NCBI GenBank assembly: GCA_943789275.1
Contig: CALSTM010000003.1
Coordinates: forward strand, 30,001 to 62,000
Length of the DNA: 32,000 nucleotides
Direction of reading: 5' to 3'
From: Candidatus Poseidoniaceae archaeon
GTDB lineage: Archaea; Thermoplasmatota; Poseidoniia; Poseidoniales; Poseidoniaceae
Shown: positions 14,973 through 22,469 of the stretch, piece by piece
Layout: every line of letters starts with the position of its first letter
Numbering within the stretch: the stretch's first letter is position 1
Position numbers and translations under genes: made by a program
The notes under the pieces: generated by a model
Told to the model about the DNA's origin: nothing
Databases searched by the model: none
Seen by the model: the letters and a program-made list of their open reading frames with translations, nothing else

Positions 14973-15591
14973 AAAGGTAGCGCTGTACCTCGGTGAGCCG
15001 CAACCAAAACTTCTTCGCTCAAAACGGAAATTACTCAAATTTTTGAGAGGGGCGTACGCTGCAGGCGTACCGGGAATGATGGCCAAACCCTCGACGGACT
15101 TGCTCGCTAATACTGGTGGTTACGCTTTCCACTATGGCTGCCCAAATCCAGAATTACGAGATATCGCCTCTTGGGTCCTTACAAGTGGCGAGGGGCAACA
15201 TCGTCGCGTAGCCAAACTCATCCCGGCGCTGTGGAAACGACACGGTCAGGAGGATTTGGTCATGGTGGGACTTCTGTTGGCAAATATGTCTGAAGAAGAA
15301 TTAGGCGATTCACCATGGATTGCCCTCATCCATATGCTCGGAGAAAGTGAACCCCTCGGTGCCTTGCTTGAAATCGGAGAGGAAATGCTGCGAGGAGGCC
15401 ATGAAATACCCGACGATGAATGGATTATGGCTATGGCCGGTCAAAGCAAGCTATGGCACCAAGTGGCGGTCTTGTTCCTTTCATTACGAGCAGAAAAACT
15501 CGGTTCTGTCCGAGGAGTGGTAACGACCGCTCCGGGCGGAGGTGAACTGTTCGAAAGGATTCGTAACCGTTTGCTTTCACAGGAGAATTGA
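14953..15591 (+). CDS. Hypothetical helical protein (possibly HEAT-like repeats)
   Basis: 212-aa ORF. ATG 14953 overlaps the upstream gene by 20 nt. An alternative start is MMAKPS at ~15076. No confident family. Confidence 0.55.
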   Translation: MVVEVNEKVALYLGEPQPKLLRSKRKLLKFLRGAYAAGVPGMMAKPSTDLLANTGGYAFHYGCPNPELRDIASWVLTSGEGQHRRVAKLIPALWKRHGQEDLVMVGLLLANMSEEELGDSPWIALIHMLGESEPLGALLEIGEEMLRGGHEIPDDEWIMAMAGQSKLWHQVAVLFLSLRAEKLGSVRGVVTTAPGGGELFERIRNRLLSQEN

Positions 15592-15617
15592 AGCCCTTCC
15601 TCGTTTAGGATTGTTGC

Positions 15618-15827
15618 ATGAGTGAACGGTTTCTCCCTACCGAAGACCCGGTCCTTGAAGCGGTTCTGCAATGGACAGTAGCTCGAGATGCTCAAGATGT
15701 TCGCAGATTGCTTGAATGGTTACCAGAGGCGCGCTCAAGCCGTGAAAGAAAGGCATTGCTGGACAGGGTTCGAAGCCTCTTAGCAGAATTAGAGTCGGCC
15801 CTCGATGGGCTTGAAACACTCACTTGA
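15618..15827 (+). CDS. Small (69 aa) helical hypothetical protein
   Basis: ORF with 26-nt and 9-nt gaps to its same-strand neighbours. Its stop codon is part of the GAGGT box of the next gene (ACT TGA GGT TGT CAG ATG). Confidence 0.5.
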   Translation: MSERFLPTEDPVLEAVLQWTVARDAQDVRRLLEWLPEARSSRERKALLDRVRSLLAELESALDGLETLT

Positions 15828-15836
15828 GGTTGTCAG

Positions 15837-16328
15837 ATGGTGACGGTGTTACTGCTCGCTGGTGGGAAAAGTCAGCGCATGGGCGCAGACAAAGCTCACA
15901 TGCGTGGAGGAATTGCAAGATTACGTCAATTGGCGGTTCAATGCAATGCTAAACGGGTTATCACGTTGTGTGGAGGTAAAGAGCGTGAACATATGTTTGA
16001 AGGTGAAGTTTGGACAGACCCCGTGTCTTGTAACGTATTGAGCGAGGTATTGGAATGGGCGCTCTCTTCAATTGAAGGGGCTGTTCAGCTCATATGTTGC
16101 GATGCTTTTAATCTCGAAAAAGATGGCCTTGATCTCTTGCTTGCAAGTAAAGGCTGCGTTCCTGTGGATGAATGTGGGCTGCGGCAGCCGTTGTTGGCCA
16201 ATTGCCCAGCAGATTGGTCTGCTGCAGAGAACGACGGTTCTGTCTCCTCTTTATTTGCCCATCTACCAAGCCTTGACTTGGGCCCTTTAGCCCGTCAAAT
16301 GAAAAACTTCAACAGTCCAAACGATTGA
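15837..16328 (+). CDS. MobA-like NTP-transferase domain protein (short, 163 aa)
   Basis: N-terminal LLLAGGKSQRMGADKAHM, the MobA/NTP_transf_3 LAGGxSxRMGxDK signature. CCDAFNL occupies the position of the PCDxP box. Confidence 0.65.
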   Translation: MVTVLLLAGGKSQRMGADKAHMRGGIARLRQLAVQCNAKRVITLCGGKEREHMFEGEVWTDPVSCNVLSEVLEWALSSIEGAVQLICCDAFNLEKDGLDLLLASKGCVPVDECGLRQPLLANCPADWSAAENDGSVSSLFAHLPSLDLGPLARQMKNFNSPND

Positions 16329-16332
16329 ATTG

Positions 16333-16959
16333 TTACTTCACAAGTTGGTCGATGATTTTTGGATAGAGTCGGTGTTCTTCATACTTCACCCGTTCTGCAA
16401 GCGAGTGCTCGTCATCATCAGAAAATACCGGCACTCTGCACTGGCCGAGTATCTCGCCGGTGTCCATTCCTGCATCGACATGATGGACCGTACAGCCTGA
16501 AACATGAACTCCCGAATTGATGACATCGCGATGCGCATGTGCCCCGGGGAATGCTGGAAGAAGTGATGGATGGATATTAATCAGATAAGGGGACCATTTC
16601 TCCACAAAACGAGGCGATACTAATCGCATATAGCCGCTCAAGAGAATCAGTTCAATACTAGAATCATCGAGAAGTTGTTGAATGTTTTCTTCATGGGTCA
16701 ACCGCCTTTGATTTGCGTCAGTTTTGTCTTGAGGGAGGGGGATGCAGGTTGATTTAACGCCCAATGCTTCTGCACGTTCAAGTCCCTTGACGCCTGGGCG
16801 ATCGGAAATGACCAGGACCGTTTCATGGCCGCAAGCAGAATTTACTTGCTGATGACGAATCATGGCCTCCATACCAGAACCTGAGCCCGAGATGAAAATC
16901 GCACACCGTATCGGCTCCTGTGCTGAGCCTTGTCGTAACGCCCACTGGCTACTGCCCAT
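16333..16959 (-). CDS. purN: Phosphoribosylglycinamide formyltransferase
   Basis: CAIFISGSGSGMEAMI and LILLSGYMRLV...INIHPSLLPAFPGAHAHRDVINSGVHVSGCTVHHVDAGMDTGEIL. Start moved to ATG 16959 (208 aa), because the longer ORF to 17058 would cover the TATA-like box and overlap the divergent gene. Confidence 0.9.
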   Translation of the reverse strand: MGSSQWALRQGSAQEPIRCAIFISGSGSGMEAMIRHQQVNSACGHETVLVISDRPGVKGLERAEALGVKSTCIPLPQDKTDANQRRLTHEENIQQLLDDSSIELILLSGYMRLVSPRFVEKWSPYLINIHPSLLPAFPGAHAHRDVINSGVHVSGCTVHHVDAGMDTGEILGQCRVPVFSDDDEHSLAERVKYEEHRLYPKIIDQLVK

Positions 16960-16995
16960 GCCTTGCGGTGGAGCGAGAACAACTTGAGGTCTTCG

Positions 16996-17003
16996 GATAT
17001 ATT
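16996..17003. promoter_or_regulatory. TATA-like box GATATATT in the purN / DUF454 divergent intergenic region
   Basis: It lies ~37-44 nt from the purN ATG 16959 and ~54-61 nt from ATG 17057, which itself has GAGGGGG 8 nt upstream. Confidence 0.3.
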
Positions 17004-17056
17004 GCCCATGCTTTTTTGTGGGTTGGCCCGCAGGCGCAGTTGAGGGGGAATGGCAC

Positions 17057-17563
17057 ATGGTGGAGGTTCCTCATTCCCAATCTACTGACGATTTAGAGGC
17101 CCTCAAAGTAAATCCCTTCGAGGGTTTATCTGAAGAAGCAATAATTAGAGCGGTCTTGGATGAACACAAGCCATCTCGTAACCCATTTGTGCGAGGTCTA
17201 TGGATTACGGTCGGAAGCATAGGTGTTCTCTTCGCCGTTATTGGAATCTTCGTGCCAGGGTGGCCAACGACCTCTTGGCTCGTGCTCTCAGCCTACTGCT
17301 ACGCTCGGTCGAGTAAAAAAATGTTCAAATGGTTGCTTACAAACCGACTGTTTGGTGCGGGTTTACTGGAATATTACAGAACTGGAAGGTCTTTGCCATT
17401 TCATTCAAAGGTCGTCATTGGCGGCATCATTTGTATCGCCTCAACCGGTTCAATTTACATCATCACAAAAGCAGGCGACCCGGGGTTTGGTCAGGCTTTG
17501 ATTGCCGTCGTCGCCATTATTGGAATTTGGTGGGTCGGTTGGAAAGTTCCAACCACCGCTTAA
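17057..17563 (+). CDS. YbaN/DUF454 family inner-membrane protein
   Basis: GIFVPGWPTTSWLVLSAYCYARSSKKMFKWLLTNRLFG closely follows the E. coli YbaN pattern [29 protein letters not shown]. ATG 17057 is preferred over GTG 17018. Confidence 0.85.
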   Translation: MVEVPHSQSTDDLEALKVNPFEGLSEEAIIRAVLDEHKPSRNPFVRGLWITVGSIGVLFAVIGIFVPGWPTTSWLVLSAYCYARSSKKMFKWLLTNRLFGAGLLEYYRTGRSLPFHSKVVIGGIICIASTGSIYIITKAGDPGFGQALIAVVAIIGIWWVGWKVPTTA

Positions 17564-17742
17564 TCTTCCTTGGGCGTGCCCGTATATTTCTGCACAGTTG
17601 AATGGCCGGCTTGAATGTCAAAATCAGGTATGATTCCGTGAAGGATAAGACGAAAAGCCCCCAATCCGAACCAAAAAGCCATCTTCCAAGCTTGGAGGAG
17701 ATGCTGAAAATAAGAAATATTCAAGTCCTTAAGATGGCCCAT
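17560..17742 (-). CDS. Small (60 aa) hypothetical protein (DUF6356-like pattern, from memory)
   Basis: SYFQHLLQAWKMAFWFGLGAFRLILHGIIPDF resembles the Y-x-x-H...A...HG(L/I)(I/V)P small-protein family. An AAGGAGGGGG box lies ~20 nt upstream. Its stop overlaps the DUF454 stop in a shared TTAA. Confidence 0.4.
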   Translation of the reverse strand: MGHLKDLNISYFQHLLQAWKMAFWFGLGAFRLILHGIIPDFDIQAGHSTVQKYTGTPKED

Positions 17743-17782
17743 GCTCTAAGGGGCTCGTACCCCCTCCTTAACTGAATGGGGT

Positions 17783-19426
17783 TCAATGCCGGAAAAGGCG
17801 GTGCCCTGTAAACAGCATAGAAATGCCTTTCTCATCTGCAGCATCAATGACTTCTTGGTCTCGAATTGAGCCTCCTGGTTGTACAATCGAAGATGCTCCT
17901 GCATTCGCTGCTTGTTCTAATCCGTCTTTGAAGGGGAAGAAGGCGTCTGACGCAAGCACGCATCCTTGGGCCCTATCTCCGGCTCTACGTGCAGCAATTC
18001 GAACAGCCTCAACTCGACTGGTTTGGCCCGGGCCAATGCCTACAGTTGCTGTGCCTTGAACCATTACAATAGCATTCGATTTAACTTGTTCACAGATTCG
18101 GACTGCGAATTTCATACTTGCAATTTCAGATTCACTCGGAGCCTTTTGAGTGACGACCCTCGCTTTTTCCCAATCGATGACCGGTGCTTCCTCAGTCTGA
18201 ACCAACCATCCGCCCTCAATGGGCTTACGAACCAATACTCGCTCCAAGGAAGCAAGACGGTTGTTTGGAGAATCGATGGTCAATATACGACGGTTCTTCT
18301 TCTGCATCACGATTTGTTTTGCTTCTTGGTCGTAGGCAGGGGCCATAAGAACTTCAATGAATAGCCCAGACATGGCTTCCGCCGTATCGGCTTCAAGAGG
18401 TTCGTTAAAACAAATTATTGAGCCAAAAGCAGATTCGGGGTCGCTGGCTAATGCTGCCTCATACGCTTCTTTTTGGGTTGCCCCAAGGGCTGCACCGCAG
18501 GGGTTGTTGTGCTTGACGATAACGCAGGCGTGGGGGGTCTTGGGCCACTCATCGGTCGACAGTGCACGGCATAATCGGAGGGTGGCATCCGCATCAGAAT
18601 AATTGTTGTACGACATGTCCTTTTCACCCTCAACGTGCGCTGTAACGAGGGTGGTGTGGCTGCCAAATTCACGCGGGTCAGTATACATTGCAGCTGCTTG
18701 ATGGCTGTTTTCACCGTAACGGAGCGCATGCGTTTTGACCGCTGAAGCAAGGAGAGTTGTTGGAAGGCGCAAGGTCTGGACATCGGTATCATCGCTGAGC
18801 TCAGGCCTCCCAATCCATCGGGCATGAAGTTCATCTGCAATGGCTGAATCATATGCAGCGGTGTGTTCGTATGCATCAAGTGCAAGGCTGCGGCGCATGT
18901 CGATGGAAACTCCATCTGCTGAACCGGAAGTTTGCAGTGCGGATACAATCTCATTGTACCTTTGCGGGTTGCATGCAATAATGACGTTGCGGTGATTTTT
19001 GGCTGAAGCGCGAACCATCGTCGGTCCGCCAATGTCAATCATTTCCAAAAGGTCTGAATCTTCCAGTGGGGGTTGTTGGGCTGCGGCGGCTGAGAAAGGG
19101 TAGAGGTTACATGCGACGATTTGAATCGGAGGATAGCCGAGTTCTTCCAATCCTTTTTGATCTTCTTCGGACTCAAGTCGAGCGAGAAGTGGGCCGTGAA
19201 TCGCTGGATGGAGTGATTTCACTCTGCCGTCAAAAATTTCCGGATGGCCGGTAACTTCTGAAACTCCAATCACTTCAAGTCCAGCGTCACGTAATGTACG
19301 AGCGGTTCCTCCAGTAGAAACAATTTGAAACCCAAGTTGGGAAAGTGATGTTGCGAAGTCAACGATTCCTGTTTTATCAAAAACGCTGAGGAGGGCTCGG
19401 GGTGTTGGATTTGAGGTGCTGCTCAT
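17783..19426 (-). CDS. purH: Bifunctional AICAR transformylase / IMP cyclohydrolase
   Basis: ALLSVFDKTGIVDFATSL...IVSTGGTARTLRDAGLEV..VSEVTGHPEIFDGRVKSLHP (MGS-like IMPCH domain) plus the C-terminal AICARFT region (VIVKHNNPCGAA, GGSIRD). Start moved to ATG 19426, because the longer ORF would overlap the thermosome stop. Confidence 0.92.
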   Translation of the reverse strand: MSSTSNPTPRALLSVFDKTGIVDFATSLSQLGFQIVSTGGTARTLRDAGLEVIGVSEVTGHPEIFDGRVKSLHPAIHGPLLARLESEEDQKGLEELGYPPIQIVACNLYPFSAAAAQQPPLEDSDLLEMIDIGGPTMVRASAKNHRNVIIACNPQRYNEIVSALQTSGSADGVSIDMRRSLALDAYEHTAAYDSAIADELHARWIGRPELSDDTDVQTLRLPTTLLASAVKTHALRYGENSHQAAAMYTDPREFGSHTTLVTAHVEGEKDMSYNNYSDADATLRLCRALSTDEWPKTPHACVIVKHNNPCGAALGATQKEAYEAALASDPESAFGSIICFNEPLEADTAEAMSGLFIEVLMAPAYDQEAKQIVMQKKNRRILTIDSPNNRLASLERVLVRKPIEGGWLVQTEEAPVIDWEKARVVTQKAPSESEIASMKFAVRICEQVKSNAIVMVQGTATVGIGPGQTSRVEAVRIAARRAGDRAQGCVLASDAFFPFKDGLEQAANAGASSIVQPGGSIRDQEVIDAADEKGISMLFTGHRLFRH

Positions 19427-19502
19427 CGAGATTCCCGTTATCGAATGCATCGGTCCGATGATATTGAACATAGCGACGAAGAATGTTGGAACTTCGAAGG
19501 CT

Positions 19503-21101
19503 TCAATCGCCACGAGACGAAATCACCTGGTCCACACGAAGCAGCCCACAAGCGGTTTCACAGGCCGCTTCAAACGCATGCGCAAGTGTTTCTGCACTCG
19601 CCCAAGCCTCAGTCACAGACCCACATAGACCTGAGTGTGTCACGCCGTAGTCACTGTTGCCTTGGCGATGCTGTGAACGGAGTTCCAAGAGCCGGTCCAA
19701 TTGATCGTTACCGGAATTAGAAATCAGTGTCGAAGGAATAGATTCCAAAGCGCGAGCGAACGCTTCCATTGCGAGTCGCTCTCTTCCACCGCGTTCCTCT
19801 GCTGCATCCTTGACGGCTAAACTTGCTGCGATGTGCAGGCTACCGCCGCCAAGCAGTACCTCGCCTGTTTCCATAGCACTGGTCACGGAACACAAGGCAT
19901 CGTAAAGACCGCGAATAATCTCTTCACTGGCCACACCATCGCCACCGCCAACATCCACAGTGGCAAGGCCTGCGTTGAGGCCGAAGTCAAGATGGAGGCG
20001 TTCTCTCCGAGTTTCATCACCCTCAAAGGTTTCAACACGCATGGATTCGAACGTTCCAAGCGATTGAGCATCAAGGTCCTCAAGATGGTCAATAAGTTGG
20101 GCTCCAGAGGCTTTGGCCACATCTTCGGCACCGGACCGTTCCAAGCCACCTAAGGCAAACAAGCCCGAATCAACGAACTTGTGCAAGATTCTGGGGTCAA
20201 TTTCTTCAGCGCAAATAACGATGGATGCACCTGTTGAGAGAACCATTTCTGCTTTTTTATGTAAAAGTGCTTCTTCAGCATCCATGAAGGCGACCCATTG
20301 GTCGGGAGATGAGATTTCAATCTCGGAGTCCCTGCTGCTCTGCTCTACAGCGATGGGGCAAGAAAGCACTGCGACGCTGCCAGAGGGGAGGTGCCGCGGC
20401 ATTCGATCCAAGTCGAATCGCCGCTCAAGAATGAGGCCGCGAACCATTTCGGTATCTGCAATACTACCTACGCCTCGCTTGGTCATGCGAACATCTTGAG
20501 TGCGTACGTGCAGCACGCCGTTCATCTCGCCAGCCACAGTTTGAGCAGCGTCGACAATACAACGAGCCAACTGTTGACCGCCTGATTCAGCAGAAGTCCC
20601 AGTCATTGCGGTTTGAGCGACGAGAATTAATTGGTCGACATCGGTTGGGTTGAGGCGTTGAACGCGTGCATCCAAAACACCGAGGGTTGTTTGCAAAGCC
20701 GCTTGATAACCTTCAACCAAAAGAAGTGGGTGAAGGCCTTTCTCAAGCAACCGCCCAGCCTCACGCATAAGCTCACTGGCAAGAATGAGGCAGCCAGTAA
20801 CGCCATCTCCACATGCGTTTTCTTGAGATTCTGCGAGTTGGACAAATGCTTTTGCCGCTGGGTGTTTAACCAGGAGTTCTGCAACAATTTTTGCACCATC
20901 GTTTGTGACTGCTGTTTCGCCACTGGTCTTGTACATCATCTTGTCAAGACCGTTTGGGCCGAAAGTTCCCTTGAGTAGATCTCCAAATGCAACCGAAGCG
21001 CTGACTAATTTTTGCGTGACTGCTGGACCGCTGGTGATGGAAGTGGTTGGGCGGACAATAGCAACGGGTGCGCGTCCAGAACCGTCGTTCGGTTGAGCCA
21101 T
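19503..21101 (-). CDS. ths: Group II chaperonin (thermosome/TCP-1 family), motif-divergent copy
   Basis: GPNGLDKMM, TNDGAKIV, HPAAKAFVQLA, GGGS...A, RERLAMEAFARALESIPSTL. The nucleotide loop reads GDGVTG instead of the canonical GDGTTT. There is no Gly/Met-rich C-terminal tail. Confidence 0.88.
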   Translation of the reverse strand: MAQPNDGSGRAPVAIVRPTTSITSGPAVTQKLVSASVAFGDLLKGTFGPNGLDKMMYKTSGETAVTNDGAKIVAELLVKHPAAKAFVQLAESQENACGDGVTGCLILASELMREAGRLLEKGLHPLLLVEGYQAALQTTLGVLDARVQRLNPTDVDQLILVAQTAMTGTSAESGGQQLARCIVDAAQTVAGEMNGVLHVRTQDVRMTKRGVGSIADTEMVRGLILERRFDLDRMPRHLPSGSVAVLSCPIAVEQSSRDSEIEISSPDQWVAFMDAEEALLHKKAEMVLSTGASIVICAEEIDPRILHKFVDSGLFALGGLERSGAEDVAKASGAQLIDHLEDLDAQSLGTFESMRVETFEGDETRRERLHLDFGLNAGLATVDVGGGDGVASEEIIRGLYDALCSVTSAMETGEVLLGGGSLHIAASLAVKDAAEERGGRERLAMEAFARALESIPSTLISNSGNDQLDRLLELRSQHRQGNSDYGVTHSGLCGSVTEAWASAETLAHAFEAACETACGLLRVDQVISSRGD

Positions 21102-21182
21102 TGTTTTAACCGGCGTGAAGCGTATAGATGAACCCTTTCTTCACCAAACTGAGTGGGAATGGAAGGAGATTTTCAACCAAAC

Positions 21183-22442
21183 TCACAACAAGAATACGGC
21201 AGCGAGCCCGACAACAACAACCAGTCCAACAGCGATAAGGATTCGAGCCATGTTATTCGATTCTTCCACAACAGGAGGAGGGAGTGATGATGCATCTTGA
21301 AGCGGTGGAAGGTCAGGCACCAGTTTTCCGCCCGAATCATCAATCTCAGGCTCAGGCTCAGGCTCAGGCTCAGGAGTGGTGAGGGCCTCGAGTTTCAAGC
21401 GTTCAATTTCAGCTTCTCGTTTTGCCTGTTCAAGTTCCGCTTCAGCCTGACGTTTGGCATCTTCAAGTTCAGCCTCTGCAAGGCGCCTCGCTTCATCAAG
21501 TTCGGCTTGAGCTTGCTTTCGAGAGGCTTCTTCCCTCTCAATCTCCGCTTGTGCTTGTTGGGCTGCTTCTTGAGCGGCAACGAGTTCTTGTTCAGCCTGT
21601 CGCTTGGCGTCTTCAATTTCCTGCTCAGCCTGTCGCTTGGCGTCTTCAAGTTCCTGCTCTGCCTGTCGCTTGGCGTCTTCAAGCTCTTGCTCTGCTTGCC
21701 TACGGGCTGCTTCTTCCGCCGTTCGTGCCGCTGCTTCTGCAGTGGCTCGTTCAGTGGCTTCTTTAGCTTCTTGAATTTGTGCAGCTGTCTCTGCTTTGAT
21801 ACGTGCGGTTTCTTCCTGTGCCGCGACTTTTGCCGCTTCAATCTCAGCCAGCGCCTTGTCATGTTCGTCTTTGCGGAGTTGTGCACGAGTCTCTTCTTCG
21901 GCTTTATGCGCTGCCGCTTCAGCCTCTTTGGCTGCTTGCTCGACGGTCGCTTTGGCTTCTTCAGCAGCTAATTGTGCTTTTTCTTCCAACAGCGAGTCGA
22001 TGTCAACCGGGGTTGGTTCTTCTACGACAACTGCTGCTGCTTTTTCACGCGCTTCTGCTTCTGCTTTGAGACGATATTCCTCTTCGACTTTCGCACGAGC
22101 TTCTTCCTCAGCAACACGAACCATTTCAGCAACTTTTTCCGCAGATCGCTTCTCTTCTTGCTCTTTGGTCTCGATTTCGAGAAGTTCTTTCGTGCTTATC
22201 TTCGACAAGACCGCCTTTGAAAACAATTCAAATTCTTCATCCGTAATCTCTCCGGCCATCTCTGTGCGAGCAACCTCCATCAAGCGCTGGATATCAGGGG
22301 CCATAAACGCCCCTGGATGGGCATCCAATTGCGCTCGGAACGACGTATAGAATGAACGGTGCTCGGTTGAAATAGCGCCGTCAACAGTGATTTCATCTTG
22401 CAGCGATGAAAGTATCTCTGTAAGATTGAGGGCGGCCGACAC
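21183..22442 (-). CDS. Tail-anchored protein with ~290-residue E/A/K/R/Q-rich helical stalk
   Basis: 419-aa ORF with a GTG start 27 nt after the upstream stop. It has a ~90-aa N-terminal globular-looking region and a long charged helix with ELEDAKRQAEQ repeats. This is followed by a PEPEPEPEPE linker and a C-terminal TM helix, ARILIAVGLVVVVGLAAVFLL, that ends the protein. Confidence 0.85.
   Translation of the reverse strand: MSAALNLTEILSSLQDEITVDGAISTEHRSFYTSFRAQLDAHPGAFMAPDIQRLMEVARTEMAGEITDEEFELFSKAVLSKISTKELLEIETKEQEEKRSAEKVAEMVRVAEEEARAKVEEEYRLKAEAEAREKAAAVVVEEPTPVDIDSLLEEKAQLAAEEAKATVEQAAKEAEAAAHKAEEETRAQLRKDEHDKALAEIEAAKVAAQEETARIKAETAAQIQEAKEATERATAEAAARTAEEAARRQAEQELEDAKRQAEQELEDAKRQAEQEIEDAKRQAEQELVAAQEAAQQAQAEIEREEASRKQAQAELDEARRLAEAELEDAKRQAEAELEQAKREAEIERLKLEALTTPEPEPEPEPEIDDSGGKLVPDLPPLQDASSLPPPVVEESNNMARILIAVGLVVVVGLAAVFLL
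21345..21374. repeat. Hexanucleotide repeat (ctcagg x5) encoding PEPEPEPEPE
   Basis: Read directly. Five perfect tandem copies. Confidence 0.95.
21588..21686. repeat. 33-nt tandem repeat x3 (with degenerate copies on both flanks) encoding E(L/I)EDAKRQAEQ
   Basis: Units at 21588-21620, 21621-21653 and 21654-21686 differ at 2-3 positions. The core gcctgtcgcttggcgtcttcaa is identical in all three. Confidence 0.95.
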
Positions 22443-22469
22443 GTGTCATCAACTCTACAATCAACGAGG

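Noticed and set aside
16333-19426. purN and purH as a purine operon
   Set aside because: They are on the same strand but are separated by a plus-strand DUF454 gene and a small ORF, and purN lies downstream of purH in the direction of transcription. They are nearby but not one transcription unit.
21345-21686. Tandem repeats checked as a possible CRISPR array or minisatellite
   Set aside because: The units are contiguous with no unique spacers, are in frame, and lie inside a continuous ORF. They are coding repeats.
21297-22350. Long plus-strand ORFs (224 aa, 184 aa, 114 aa and others) and an alternate minus-frame ORF (163 aa) across the coiled-coil gene
   Set aside because: These are antisense or alternate-frame artefacts of repetitive GAR/GCN codons. 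Their products are low-complexity F/L/S/C or K/R strings with no start context.
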